Part shown: positions 20,052-29,722 of the stretch, piece after piece
Layout: the number at the start of each line of letters is the position of its first letter
Numbering within the stretch: the first letter of the stretch is position 1
IMG/VR virus record: IMGVR_UViG_2595698877_000001
Location: 68,381-132,380 of that record
Strand: one strand, 5' to 3'
DNA from: a virus
Lineage: Duplodnaviria > Heunggongvirae > Uroviricota > Caudoviricetes > Herelleviridae
DNA length: 64,000 nt
The notes under the pieces: generated by a model
The model's database searches: none
Told to the model about the DNA's origin: nothing
What the model saw: only the letters and a program-made list of their open reading frames with translations
Made by a program: the position numbers and the translations under genes

Positions 20052-20351
20052 ATGCAAAGTAAAGTTACAGAGTACATAGAACAAATTATTACAGCTAAAT
20101 TAAATCATGATGGGGAGATGATTCTTCGTCTTCAAGAAGATGCTACAGACGAGATAGTAGACTTGAAAGATGTAGGTAATGCTCTCATTGATGCGATGGA
20201 TGATTTAATTGTACATATAGATACATCACAAGCGATGACGGACGCTAGACTACGAGCTATCGTAGAAAAGTTACCGGAGGAAATACAAAAAAACATATAT
20301 GACGACTTCAATGCACATGAAGACGATTTATTTAAAATAAAAGGAGACTAA
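20052..20351 (+). CDS. hypothetical acidic protein (99 aa)
   Basis: GGGGAGA RBS. Confidence 0.45.
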   Translation: MQSKVTEYIEQIITAKLNHDGEMILRLQEDATDEIVDLKDVGNALIDAMDDLIVHIDTSQAMTDARLRAIVEKLPEEIQKNIYDDFNAHEDDLFKIKGD

Positions 20352-20357
20352 ATACAT

Positions 20358-20783
20358 ATGGCAACGAAAACAAAGAAAGAATTACAAGAAGAGATTGAAA
20401 ATTTACAGACGCTGGTATATCGCATCATGACACAAGGAGCATTACCTATTGAGGATATGCAAGTGTACATGGAGTATCTATTAACAGGACAAGTCAAGAG
20501 CGAAGAGCATGCAGAGCAAATTAACGAACTAGCACAACGAAGCGCTACAATCTCTGACGCTACTATTCTAGCTCGACTATCATTCACTCAAATTATGCAA
20601 GAAATTGACGAAAAGTTAACTCACGTAATGCGAGAAGTGCAACTTCAAAAGTCTGTACTAGAAAAACTAGGTGCTACAGCAGAAATGTATGACGAAGCCG
20701 CAGAATCTCACGATAAAAAAGTAAAAGAGATGATGGAAGCTCACACAACTAAAAAGGAGGAAGTTGATGAAACTACATTGTAA
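20358..20783 (+). CDS. hypothetical coiled-coil protein (141 aa)
   Basis: AGGAGA RBS. Heptad-rich sequence. Confidence 0.45.
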   Translation: MATKTKKELQEEIENLQTLVYRIMTQGALPIEDMQVYMEYLLTGQVKSEEHAEQINELAQRSATISDATILARLSFTQIMQEIDEKLTHVMREVQLQKSVLEKLGATAEMYDEAAESHDKKVKEMMEAHTTKKEEVDETTL

Positions 20784-20970
20784 TCATTTCCCAGAGGATT
20801 ACGGTTACATCGAGAAAAACAAAGATGGCTCTACATACATAGAAGTTACGAACGATATTTCCGGAGACATCGAAACAGCTAGTCTAAACATTGACCCGCA
20901 AACATTGTACAACTGGCTAATAACAGAGTACGACATTAAAACGTTACAAGGAGAAGCAGAGGAGAAATAA
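20767..20970 (+). CDS. hypothetical protein (67 aa)
   Basis: ATG at 20767 (a TTG lies at 20764). Overlaps the upstream gene's end. Confidence 0.4.
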   Translation: MKLHCNHFPEDYGYIEKNKDGSTYIEVTNDISGDIETASLNIDPQTLYNWLITEYDIKTLQGEAEEK

Positions 20971-20987
20971 TTCTCTGCTCTTTCTTC
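20955..20987 (+). terminator. terminator-like hairpin
   Basis: 7-bp stem AGCAGAG/CTCTGCT followed by an interrupted T-rich tract. Confidence 0.4.
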
Positions 20988-21026
20988 ATAAGGAGTATAG
21001 AATTATCTGTAAAGGAGTGAAGCGTA

Positions 21027-21578
21027 TTGGGAAAAATGAGTAAAACAAAAGGAGCTGGGTACGAAAATAAGATTGCGAAAGAGCTTTCTGAGATGTGGGG
21101 AGGTAAATTCTCACGCGTACCTGCTTCTGGTGGATTGCACTGGGGTAGCGACCAACGTGTAGCTGGAGATATTATTCCGCCACTAGGTATGAAGTTCCCG
21201 TTCGTAGTAGAGTGCAAGAAACGGGAAGGATTCGATTTATCGCACCTGTTCAAAAACATCGGTCAGATTAAAGAGTGGTGGCAACAAGTTTGCATGGACT
21301 CTCGTAGATTAAAAGTACATGGTGTATCACCTCTATTAATCTTTTCGAAGAACCGTGAAATCAGTTATATCTTACTTCCATATAGTGATGAGGTATACGA
21401 TAAGTTAAACAAGCACTTCCCTGTATCAAGACAAACTGTTAGTTTCTTGGATATCCGTGAAGAGGAAAATTACTTCGATACACTACTAACTACGATGGAT
21501 GGTTTCAAGTCACTAGACTTAACTTTCTTATGGGAAACCTATCACGAGTTCCCGTGGGATATTCAAAATCCACAATAA
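21027..21578 (+). CDS. PD-(D/E)xK nuclease-like protein (Hjc-type resolvase candidate)
   Basis: TTG start with an AAGGAG RBS. D...ExK arrangement (GDIIPP ... VVECKK). Confidence 0.35.
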   Translation: MGKMSKTKGAGYENKIAKELSEMWGGKFSRVPASGGLHWGSDQRVAGDIIPPLGMKFPFVVECKKREGFDLSHLFKNIGQIKEWWQQVCMDSRRLKVHGVSPLLIFSKNREISYILLPYSDEVYDKLNKHFPVSRQTVSFLDIREEENYFDTLLTTMDGFKSLDLTFLWETYHEFPWDIQNPQ

Positions 21579-21655
21579 TCATAAAAATACATAAAGTTTT
21601 GATATATTATAACTTGTATACATTTAACACATGAGGGAAGAGGGGATTTAAAAGC

Positions 21656-23977
21656 ATGACATTAATTACAAAAGATAGAGGCACCTACACACAGGAAATT
21701 AGATTCGTTCGAGAACGGTTTAATTACTTTGTAGACAGCATCTTAGAAGAAACAAACAATAAAGAAGCAATTGAACCATCGGATATTGAAGAAATTAAGA
21801 ATGCCGTAATCAGTATGGTAGAAGCGAAGAAAGAAGTAGAAGCGGACAAGCTATTTACATTCTTAATTCGAGAAACACAATCTCGTATTAAATTATCGAA
21901 CCTACCATTAGCTAACTTTGCATCTGCGGTATACTTACGACAGCTATACAAACAAGCTAGTAAACTACGTGGGTTCGATTACAAAGAAGGATATGGAGAC
22001 TACGCTTCACACGTAACGGCAATGGTAGAACGTGGAAAGTATTCAGAAATTCTACTAGATGTTTACACACGAGAAGAGCTGCAAGAAGCAGGTAAGCTAA
22101 TCAACAAAGATAGTGACCGTAAATTTAGTTATAGCGGACTTCAAACTCTAACAAAAACATACTTAGCTAAGAATGATAAAGGACTAGTAATGGAGCTTCC
22201 CCAAGAGCGATTCCTTACAGTAGCTTTATACTTAATGAGTATTGAGAAGAGAAAGAACCGTATGGAGTATGTTAAGAAAGCATACTGGGCTTTATTCAAT
22301 CACTATATCGGATTAGCAACACCAACACTTAAAAATGCAGGTGCGCCACATGGCTCGTTATCTTCTTGTCATATCTTAACAATGGATGACACGATTGATA
22401 GTATCTTCGATGTAGCAAAACAAGTAGCTTTATTCTCGAAAAATGGTTCTGGTATTGGTATCTTCGCTGGATTCTTACGCGCCCGTGGTTCTCGCATCCG
22501 TGGAGTGAAAGTACAGAACAACGGTGTTATCCACCCAGCACGATTACTATCTGTATTAGCAGAGTATGTAGACCAAACAGGAACACGTAAAGCTGGTATT
22601 TCCGTTTACTTACCTGTATGGCATGCAGACATTAAAGACTTCTTAGAACTACGATTAAAAACAGGTTCACAAGAGAAGCGCGCTCATTCTATTACAACAG
22701 CCGTAACTATCCCGGATGAGTTTATGAGACGATTACATAACAAGGAACTATTCACTATCTTTGACCCAACAGAGGTTAAGAAAAAACTAGGCGTAGATTT
22801 AAATATGCAATACGATAAGAAACGTCTAAAAGATGGTGAAGAGCCTAACGAGAAAGACCATGCATTTACATACTGGTACCGCAAAGCAGAAGAACTAGAC
22901 TTAGAGATTAAAGAAGTAGTAAAAGCTACTGATATCTATAAATCTATCTTCATTAGTCGTAAAACAGGCGGTACGCCTTACATGTACTGGAGTGATACAT
23001 CAGCACGTCAGAATCCAAATGGGCATGTTGGTATGCCGTTTGCATCAAACTTATGTACAGAAATTATCCAGAATATGGAATACGATGAAATCATCGAAAA
23101 TGGTCTAGACGAGAATGGCTATGTTGTACTAAAACTTAAAGGTGAAGGGTTAGTAACTTGTAACTTAAGTTCTCTAGTTGGTCACAATACACATGACCTA
23201 GATGATGAGACATACCAAGAAGTAGTAGATATTCAGTTCCGTATGCTAGATAACGTAATATCGATGGGACGATTATCTGTTCATCAAGCAAAACAAACCA
23301 ACGACTTATATCGAGCTGTAGGTGCAGGATACTTAGGTATGGCAACACTGATGGCTGATAAAGGAATCAAATGGGAATCGAATGAAGCTACTGAGTTCGT
23401 AGGAGAAGAATTTAAACGTTACTTAAAAGCACAAATTAAAGCTTCTCATAAGTTAGCTTTAGAAAAAGGTTCTTACCCACTGTATGAAGGCTCTGATTGG
23501 GCGACAGGAGAGTTCTTCGATAAGAGGGGTCTAGTTGGGTCTGAATGGGAAGAACTACGCTCTATGGCTGCGCTAGGCATGCGAAACGGGTACAATGGTG
23601 CAGTTGCTCCGACAGCATCTAACAGTATCATCATGAATGGTTCACCATCTATGGATGCGTTATACGATGTAGCGTACACAGAAAATAAATCTGGTATGAA
23701 CGTTCTAATTGTTCCGCCTAACTACAACAACAAAACAAAATGGTTCTATAAATCTGGTTTCGAGATGGATGAGATGTGGTCTATCAATCACGTAGCAGAA
23801 GCACAGAAATATGTTGACCAAGCGATTTCACATAACATGCATGTATCATCGAACATAAAAGGTTCAGAGTTATTACGACTAGATATGGCTGCATGGGATA
23901 AAGGCTTAAAAACAATCTACTATACTCATACAGAGGATAGAGAGAAACCAGAAGATTGCATTATGTGTGCAGGTTAA
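21656..23977 (+). CDS. nrdE: ribonucleotide reductase class I large subunit
   Basis: Active-site motif SNLCTEI, C-terminal Cys pair CIMC, 773 aa. NrdI is present downstream, which points to class Ib. Confidence 0.85.
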   Translation: MTLITKDRGTYTQEIRFVRERFNYFVDSILEETNNKEAIEPSDIEEIKNAVISMVEAKKEVEADKLFTFLIRETQSRIKLSNLPLANFASAVYLRQLYKQASKLRGFDYKEGYGDYASHVTAMVERGKYSEILLDVYTREELQEAGKLINKDSDRKFSYSGLQTLTKTYLAKNDKGLVMELPQERFLTVALYLMSIEKRKNRMEYVKKAYWALFNHYIGLATPTLKNAGAPHGSLSSCHILTMDDTIDSIFDVAKQVALFSKNGSGIGIFAGFLRARGSRIRGVKVQNNGVIHPARLLSVLAEYVDQTGTRKAGISVYLPVWHADIKDFLELRLKTGSQEKRAHSITTAVTIPDEFMRRLHNKELFTIFDPTEVKKKLGVDLNMQYDKKRLKDGEEPNEKDHAFTYWYRKAEELDLEIKEVVKATDIYKSIFISRKTGGTPYMYWSDTSARQNPNGHVGMPFASNLCTEIIQNMEYDEIIENGLDENGYVVLKLKGEGLVTCNLSSLVGHNTHDLDDETYQEVVDIQFRMLDNVISMGRLSVHQAKQTNDLYRAVGAGYLGMATLMADKGIKWESNEATEFVGEEFKRYLKAQIKASHKLALEKGSYPLYEGSDWATGEFFDKRGLVGSEWEELRSMAALGMRNGYNGAVAPTASNSIIMNGSPSMDALYDVAYTENKSGMNVLIVPPNYNNKTKWFYKSGFEMDEMWSINHVAEAQKYVDQAISHNMHVSSNIKGSELLRLDMAAWDKGLKTIYYTHTEDREKPEDCIMCAG

Positions 23978-23981
23978 GCTT

Positions 23982-24191
23982 ATGAGATGGCTCGAACGCG
24001 AAGAACCAAAAGGTCTTGACGAAAGGGTAAAGAGTAGATTCCTACTCTTCCCTAAATGTATTGATGGTGAATATCGGTGGCTAGAACGTGCTTATTATGT
24101 TCAAAGATACTGGAATACATATCATCATTGTGGTTGGGAAAATGACCGTTGGATTACCGAAGAAGAGTATCTAAAACGGAGGGAGAGGTAA
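23982..24191 (+). CDS. hypothetical protein (69 aa)
   Basis: ATG 5 nt after the nrdE stop. The ORF track's start at 23967 overlaps nrdE. Confidence 0.4.
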   Translation: MRWLEREEPKGLDERVKSRFLLFPKCIDGEYRWLERAYYVQRYWNTYHHCGWENDRWITEEEYLKRRER

Positions 24192-24421
24192 TGGCTACAT
24201 ACTATACCGTTGCTTGTCACACTTGCCAAAAGAGACTTGAGATGGCAGGGTACACCCAAGAGTACGTATCTAAATACGCGGGAGATTTTTTAATGTATAG
24301 GCATATCGGACATGATGTAACAGTTCTACACGATGTTACAGGTTACGATGAAGACTACGACGCATTGTACGACAAGGTGCAAAAATATGAAGAAATAGAG
24401 TTTAAAAGAGTAGAAAAATAA
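24191..24421 (+). CDS. hypothetical Cys-containing protein (76 aa)
   Basis: TAATG overlap. GGAGGGAGAGG RBS. Confidence 0.4.
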   Translation: MATYYTVACHTCQKRLEMAGYTQEYVSKYAGDFLMYRHIGHDVTVLHDVTGYDEDYDALYDKVQKYEEIEFKRVEK

Positions 24422-24450
24422 TTGACAAAAAATACAGAATAGTGTATAGT
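24422..24450 (+). promoter_or_regulatory. sigma-A-type promoter TTGACA-17-TATAGT
   Basis: TTGACA at 24422-24427 and TATAGT at 24445-24450. Confidence 0.55.
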
Positions 24451-24518
24451 ATTACTTGTGAGAGTGAGTCCTTTATAGTAATATCTTACACTATTTTTAT
24501 TTATAAGGAGGAAAATGG

Positions 24519-24764
24519 TTGGAAGAGAAAGTAAAGTTGACAGGTAAGTTTATTGTAGTAGAAGTTTTAAAGAAAACTAGTGCCAAAGGTTTCAAAGATG
24601 TGCAGGAAGACGACGTTCTTTATTTCGAATGGGATTTAGATGGACACTACAGAGGAGCGCCATACGTAGATTGCTATGTTCGCGGAGAATTTGTAGATAG
24701 TAAAAATGGTATGACAGTTAAAACGCTACTTCATGAGAACTTCTTAGTAGAGGAGACAAGCTAA
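24519..24764 (+). CDS. hypothetical protein (81 aa)
   Basis: TTG start 7 nt after AAGGAGGA. Confidence 0.45.
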   Translation: MEEKVKLTGKFIVVEVLKKTSAKGFKDVQEDDVLYFEWDLDGHYRGAPYVDCYVRGEFVDSKNGMTVKTLLHENFLVEETS

Positions 24765-24982
24765 TGATACATAACCGAGATGATGTGAAAGCTGTTATAG
24801 AGGAATTAGAAGTTTCTGACCATATGGATGTTGTAGGTTTCCTTAATGTCTGGTCTAATGGCGTTAAGATTCGTCGATATCAAGGGCAGGACAAGCTTAA
24901 CTACGGAGAAACAAGTAAAGACAAAGGCTACAAAAAGATGGTAGCTATTTTAGTAGAGGTAGAAGAAGAGGGTTTATTTTAA
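24764..24982 (+). CDS. hypothetical protein (72 aa)
   Basis: TAATG overlap with the upstream stop. Confidence 0.4.
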   Translation: MIHNRDDVKAVIEELEVSDHMDVVGFLNVWSNGVKIRRYQGQDKLNYGETSKDKGYKKMVAILVEVEEEGLF

Positions 24983-25003
24983 AACAAACTGAGGAGGAAT
25001 AGT

Positions 25004-25411
25004 ATGTATTCATGGAACAATGAAGATTTTGAATTTGAAGAGTTAGTAGGTAAAACGTTTACACGTATTAAAAACGAAAGGTCGGACGAGCTAGTATTCT
25101 ACGATACAGACGGAGAGATTTATGTAATGTATCATCAACAAGACTGCTGTGAGTCTGTTTACATCGAAGATATTGACGGGGATTTAGACGATTTATTAAA
25201 TAGTCCGATTTTAATGGCGGAAGCGGTATCAGAGTCAGGTAACGATTCTGATTATGGTACATCTACTTGGACGTTCTATAAAATCGCAACAATTAAAGGC
25301 ACAGTAACACTACGCTGGTTAGGTGAGTCAAACGGTTACTATTCAGAGTCGGTAGACTTTGTTCGTGTAACAGATGAAGAGGACAAGCGTAGTTACCAAG
25401 AAAATAATTAA
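25004..25411 (+). CDS. hypothetical acidic protein (135 aa)
   Basis: GAGGAGGA RBS. Confidence 0.45.
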   Translation: MYSWNNEDFEFEELVGKTFTRIKNERSDELVFYDTDGEIYVMYHQQDCCESVYIEDIDGDLDDLLNSPILMAEAVSESGNDSDYGTSTWTFYKIATIKGTVTLRWLGESNGYYSESVDFVRVTDEEDKRSYQENN

Positions 25412-25429
25412 AAAGGAGACAAGCTATAT

Positions 25430-26536
25430 ATGTTCAATAAAGTAACAACAGAAAAACCATTCCGCATCTATAATGCGATGCATCCTAACCGCGCTACTAA
25501 GTTATTCGGTGGCGTGGCTAGTGGGATTCGTAACTGGGATGACCAACTAGTAGATACATGGCTAGACTACCAGAAAGCTCTATTCGCGGAGTACTGGGTT
25601 CCAGAAGAAGTTCGAATGGGTAAAGACATCGAACAATACAAACAAGAATTAACACCAGCAGAACGAGTAGCATATGAACGTGTATCAGGAGCATTAAACT
25701 GGTTAGATTCAATGGCTAGTGATATTGTAACGATGCTATTCATGTCTACATCAGACCCAGCATTACGAACACTATTAACAATTATCGCCTCGTTCGAAAC
25801 GATGCATAACGTGTCATACGAACACATGACATCGACTGTAATCGGTTTTGAAGAGAAGCAGAAAGAGTTTGCTAAAGTACGTGAGTTGCCGTTACTAGCA
25901 AAGCGTAATGACTTCATCTTAAAAGAGTTAGAAGAAATGGTAGACATGCTACGAGGTAAACTAGTGCAAGGCGGTACAATCACATTTACAGAGGATGAAA
26001 TTACAATCCTATTTAAAGGCTTAGTAGCTTACCAGATTCTAGAAGGTGAATTTTTCTCTGGTGGATTCGTATACTTCCACTCATTAGCTCGTGATAACAA
26101 GATGATTGAGTCCAACAATCTAATTAACTTAATCAAAGCAGATGAGAACCAACACTCTGAAATCTTCGGATTAATCATTAAAGTGTTAGTGACAGAGAAT
26201 CCGCATTTAAACAACCCTGAGTTAATGGATTGGGCTATGAACTACATTCGTAAAGCAGTAGAGCTAGAGAAAGAGTGGACAGCTTGGTTGTATCAAGATA
26301 TCGATACATTATCAGTTGCAGAGTACCATGACTACGCTGAGTACCTAGCTAACTTAATTTGCCGTAACGCGGGATTAAAAGAGCCGTTCCCTAGCAATAC
26401 AGAGCTTAAGTCTAAATGGATAATCACGTATGGTAGTAAGTCTAAAGGTTCTGGAGAAATCGCTCCTAAATCAGACTTCTTACAAGGAAATGCAATTAAC
26501 TACAAACACGAGGATGGGGACGACTTTGACCTCTAA
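25430..26536 (+). CDS. nrdF: ribonucleotide reductase small subunit
   Basis: Di-iron ExxH motifs (ETMHNVSYEH and DENQHSE). EGEFFSGGF motif. Confidence 0.8.
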   Translation: MFNKVTTEKPFRIYNAMHPNRATKLFGGVASGIRNWDDQLVDTWLDYQKALFAEYWVPEEVRMGKDIEQYKQELTPAERVAYERVSGALNWLDSMASDIVTMLFMSTSDPALRTLLTIIASFETMHNVSYEHMTSTVIGFEEKQKEFAKVRELPLLAKRNDFILKELEEMVDMLRGKLVQGGTITFTEDEITILFKGLVAYQILEGEFFSGGFVYFHSLARDNKMIESNNLINLIKADENQHSEIFGLIIKVLVTENPHLNNPELMDWAMNYIRKAVELEKEWTAWLYQDIDTLSVAEYHDYAEYLANLICRNAGLKEPFPSNTELKSKWIITYGSKSKGSGEIAPKSDFLQGNAINYKHEDGDDFDL

Positions 26537-26549
26537 AAAGAAAGCGACC

Positions 26550-26975
26550 ATGTTTGTATATTCTAGGAAGGGGAATACCACAGGTATTCTCGAACTCTTA
26601 GATGAGAGTTATTTCGAGTACATATTTGAAGTGGATAACAAAACGGTTCCAGTAGAAGTAGAACGAGCGTTTTCCGACAGTGACGTACTTTTCATCGGGG
26701 TTCCAACTTATTTCCCTACATACCAGAAAGAACCTAACTATCCTGCTTACTTGCATGCTTTCGAGTACGTAATCAAACACCTAGAAGGGAAAGAGATTGT
26801 AGTATTCGGTAGTGGTAGAAGTGAGTACGAGTTATTTTGCGGGGCTGTAGACTATCTAGGTGACTACCTAAGTGTGAAGAATAAAGTGCATAAGTTTAAG
26901 TTCGAGGGATTCCCCAAAGTTTCTGAACAAAAATACTTTAAATGGATGGTGGAGGAGCTTTTATATGAAACATAA
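26550..26975 (+). CDS. nrdI: NrdI flavodoxin-like protein
   Basis: N-terminal FVYSRKGNT resembles the FMN-binding NrdI motif. 141 aa. Start taken at ATG 26550 just after the nrdF stop; the ORF track start 26430 overlaps nrdF. Confidence 0.6.
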   Translation: MFVYSRKGNTTGILELLDESYFEYIFEVDNKTVPVEVERAFSDSDVLFIGVPTYFPTYQKEPNYPAYLHAFEYVIKHLEGKEIVVFGSGRSEYELFCGAVDYLGDYLSVKNKVHKFKFEGFPKVSEQKYFKWMVEELLYET

Positions 26976-27423
26976 TGTTTTATTATTTGTCGATACAGAG
27001 ACAGAAGAAGTAAATTCTATTAGAGGCTATTTAGATAGACAAGATGTGCTTTTTAAAGAAGTTAAGCATGACTTAACTAATGATGTGATTGTTAAGTTAG
27101 GTGTATTCAAAGCCCCTACAGTAATGCTACTAAACGCGCATGACGATGAAATCATTCGACTTCTAGGGTGTGACGAAAACGTTCTAGAAATCATAGCGAA
27201 AAGATACAAGGACAGTATCACATCGGAGTGGGAGAAAGCTCATTATGAGTTTGATTTACACAAGAAAAGAACAGGTGAAGAAGACTGGTACCTACTTAGT
27301 CATTTAAAGTGGGGAACAGGAGTAAATTACTTAGAACGTAACTGGAGAGCGATTCAAGAACAACGAGAGCAAGAAAAACGTAAAGAGCTATTTCTCAAAT
27401 TACAAGCAGAAGGTAAGATTTAA
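26965..27423 (+). CDS. hypothetical protein (152 aa)
   Basis: GGAGGAG RBS. Confidence 0.45.
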   Translation: MKHNVLLFVDTETEEVNSIRGYLDRQDVLFKEVKHDLTNDVIVKLGVFKAPTVMLLNAHDDEIIRLLGCDENVLEIIAKRYKDSITSEWEKAHYEFDLHKKRTGEEDWYLLSHLKWGTGVNYLERNWRAIQEQREQEKRKELFLKLQAEGKI

Positions 27424-27725
27424 TGCGAGACAGTGTATTAGACGAAGCGTATATCCAGTCACTAGGAGCTAGTATGGCTCAAACGATTCTAGAGAAATTG
27501 GAACCGTTCGAGGAAATGACACCAGAAGAACGAGAAGACCATAACACTAAGATGTACCTAAAGTTATATTTCGATTTCTTCAAAGATGTTTATGGGGAGA
27601 ATCCGAAGTACGACTACACGAGAGACGGTAATACAATAAATGTAACGTTGTACCCCGACTTCTCGTTAGACTATATTGAAGTATCTGTAAAATTAAAGGA
27701 GAATGAAGATGAAGAAATTAGTTAA
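27423..27725 (+). CDS. hypothetical acidic protein (100 aa)
   Basis: TAATG overlap with the upstream stop. Confidence 0.4.
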   Translation: MRDSVLDEAYIQSLGASMAQTILEKLEPFEEMTPEEREDHNTKMYLKLYFDFFKDVYGENPKYDYTRDGNTINVTLYPDFSLDYIEVSVKLKENEDEEIS

Positions 27726-27978
27726 ATTTGAACAACCGGGTTGCGCTCCTTGTGCAATGGTAAGTAATTATTTAAAAGAAGAATTAAATGTACCACATGA
27801 ATCTGTAGATGTTACAGTACACCCAGAGTTTGCAGCACATTACGAATTAGCTTCTGTACCCACTGTATTATTACTAGAAGTAGCAAAGCAAGAAGACTTT
27901 ATTGGTGAAGAACTAGGACGCTCTATCAAATTCAATCCAGAAGAGCTAGATGAACTAGCAGAGAAGTTGCGTAGTTAA
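27709..27978 (+). CDS. thioredoxin/glutaredoxin-like CxxC redoxin (NrdH-like candidate)
   Basis: CAPC dithiol motif in an ~89-aa thioredoxin-sized protein. AAGGAG RBS 7 nt before ATG 27709. Confidence 0.55.
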   Translation: MKKLVKFEQPGCAPCAMVSNYLKEELNVPHESVDVTVHPEFAAHYELASVPTVLLLEVAKQEDFIGEELGRSIKFNPEELDELAEKLRS

Positions 27979-27979
27979 T

Positions 27980-28276
27980 ATGTACACGTTGTATCGCATA
28001 GTTGATATAGCTATGAGAGAGTTTGATGTTAAATACATAAAGGTATATGAGAATAAAGGTAAAGTAACTTTCCAGTTTAAAAAGAAAGATTACAAGAGAA
28101 TCACGAAAGAAATGATAACGAAATTCGAATATAAATGTAGACCTGCGGGGGTTTACTTTACTTACGAGGGGGAAAGTAGATGGAATGCAATAACAAGTAC
28201 TGCGTTTGGAACATGTTTGACCAATGCTGTCCGGACAGTGAAGAGCGGTTTAATGAAGCTACTCCGAATGAATTAG
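27980..28276 (+). CDS. hypothetical protein (98 aa)
   Basis: ATG 2 nt after the upstream stop. Its 3' end overlaps the next gene by 97 nt. Confidence 0.4.
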   Translation: MYTLYRIVDIAMREFDVKYIKVYENKGKVTFQFKKKDYKRITKEMITKFEYKCRPAGVYFTYEGESRWNAITSTAFGTCLTNAVRTVKSGLMKLLRMN

Positions 28277-28668
28277 ATTGCCCATCATCAATCAGAGAAG
28301 ACCTACAAAACGGAGTATATGAGACGTATTACCACATCTTAACTGAGGTAGACGAAATGTGCTATGATGACAGACTTAAAGTTTTAGTTTTCATGTTAGA
28401 GCAACGCGACGAAGATATAGATTTAGATAAAGCTCTAGAAGTAATTCATCCCGGAGCCTTAATCTATATGTATGGTAGTAGACGAAATCTACGTGAGTTA
28501 CTAGCTATTAAGAAGTTCATCCTTAACTTAAATAAACCGATTAAACGTCCGTGGCATGTCGAAATCCTACCAGATGATGCCTCTAACCTTAAGAGTGTAT
28601 CTGGTGTACGACCTAGTTTAAGTGAGATGACAGAGGAGGATATGCAGAAATGGAAATTAAAACAATAG
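28180..28668 (+). CDS. hypothetical Cys-rich protein (162 aa)
   Basis: Strong GAGGGGGAAAG RBS. N-terminus CNNKYCVWNMFDQCC. Confidence 0.45.
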   Translation: MECNNKYCVWNMFDQCCPDSEERFNEATPNELDCPSSIREDLQNGVYETYYHILTEVDEMCYDDRLKVLVFMLEQRDEDIDLDKALEVIHPGALIYMYGSRRNLRELLAIKKFILNLNKPIKRPWHVEILPDDASNLKSVSGVRPSLSEMTEEDMQKWKLKQ

Positions 28669-28868
28669 TAATCGGAGATATATTCCAATGTTACTGTGAT
28701 GATGCTGGAGCCGAGTTTAAAATTAACATCGATATTAACACAGCTAAAGTAGATTCGGTAGGTGTAGGTGACCTAACAATAGCTAATCTCATAGCTGCAA
28801 CAAAGAAAGCTAAGAAACTATTCGTAAACTATCTTATCGATACAAAGAGCGAGAGCTTTTTCGATTAA
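28650..28868 (+). CDS. hypothetical protein (72 aa)
   Basis: GAGGAGGA RBS 8 nt upstream. Confidence 0.4.
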   Translation: MEIKTIVIGDIFQCYCDDAGAEFKINIDINTAKVDSVGVGDLTIANLIAATKKAKKLFVNYLIDTKSESFFD

Positions 28869-28884
28869 TATAAAACCACACTAA

Positions 28885-28914
28885 GTAGAGGAGCATTTAG
28901 CCTCTACTTTTTTG
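28885..28914 (+). terminator. rho-independent terminator
   Basis: 7-bp stem GTAGAGG/CCTCTAC followed by T6. Confidence 0.65.
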
Positions 28915-28918
28915 TTTA

Positions 28919-28927
28919 TGGTATAAT
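28919..28927 (+). promoter_or_regulatory. extended -10 promoter TGgTATAAT
   Basis: TG at 28919-28920 plus TATAAT at 28922-28927. No clear -35. Confidence 0.4.
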
Positions 28928-28963
28928 TAAGATAGAGGAAATAAAATATAAGGAGTTAAATAA

Positions 28964-29722
28964 ATGTCTAGAAAAAGAATTTTGAATGTTTACAATACTG
29001 ACCGCTCTAAAAATGTAAACTTAACAACAGTACAAGCCGAGGGAGACGCAATTAAAGTCACACGATTAAACGAAGAAGAGTTAGAAGCTGCTATGGGAAA
29101 ACTAGAAAGCCAATCAGAACTATTCCCAGTACGCGATGACAATAAGTATCTCGTATTTAAACAGAAGTACGGAAATGACACATTACAAGATAAGATTTTT
29201 AAACACGGTGGATTCGTACAATACTATAGCGCAGGTAGAGCGCCTGTACCTGTTATTACTTCTCTAGCGCAAGTACCACAATCAGAAATCATTTACGCTT
29301 GCCAAAAGGAGCATACATTAGAAGACGTAAAGAATGTGCAGCTATCATCAATGGCTACTAGCGTTGTAATCGATGTACCAATTGTATTACCAGATATAAA
29401 TGTATACGACTACCTATTCTCTTTATATCCATTACGTTACCATGTAGATAAGGTTCGTGTATCATTTCCTGCATTAGCGAAAGAGGAGATTCAAGCACGT
29501 CATAAGAAGTACTATAGACTTCGTAACGGTAAGTACTACATGAAGCCGGAATACAAGTACGAATGCTTCTGTCATCTTCAAGACCCACTATCAACATGGA
29601 AGATGAATATCTGGTTAGTGTGTGACGATGAGAAAGATAAAAAGAAAGTAGATGAATTAATAGAGAAAGATAATAAGAAGTTTAAGTATACAAACCATGT
29701 GTCGCTCATGGAGGGTTGCTAA
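28964..29722 (+). CDS. hypothetical protein (252 aa)
   Basis: AAGGAG RBS. Confidence 0.5.
   Translation: MSRKRILNVYNTDRSKNVNLTTVQAEGDAIKVTRLNEEELEAAMGKLESQSELFPVRDDNKYLVFKQKYGNDTLQDKIFKHGGFVQYYSAGRAPVPVITSLAQVPQSEIIYACQKEHTLEDVKNVQLSSMATSVVIDVPIVLPDINVYDYLFSLYPLRYHVDKVRVSFPALAKEEIQARHKKYYRLRNGKYYMKPEYKYECFCHLQDPLSTWKMNIWLVCDDEKDKKKVDELIEKDNKKFKYTNHVSLMEGC

Noticed and set aside
21656-23977. Group I intron or intein inside nrdE, nrdF or the DNA polymerase
   Set aside because: The reading frames are continuous, catalytic motifs are in normal order, and lengths (773, 368 and 1147 aa) are ordinary. There are no internal HNH/LAGLIDADG blocks.
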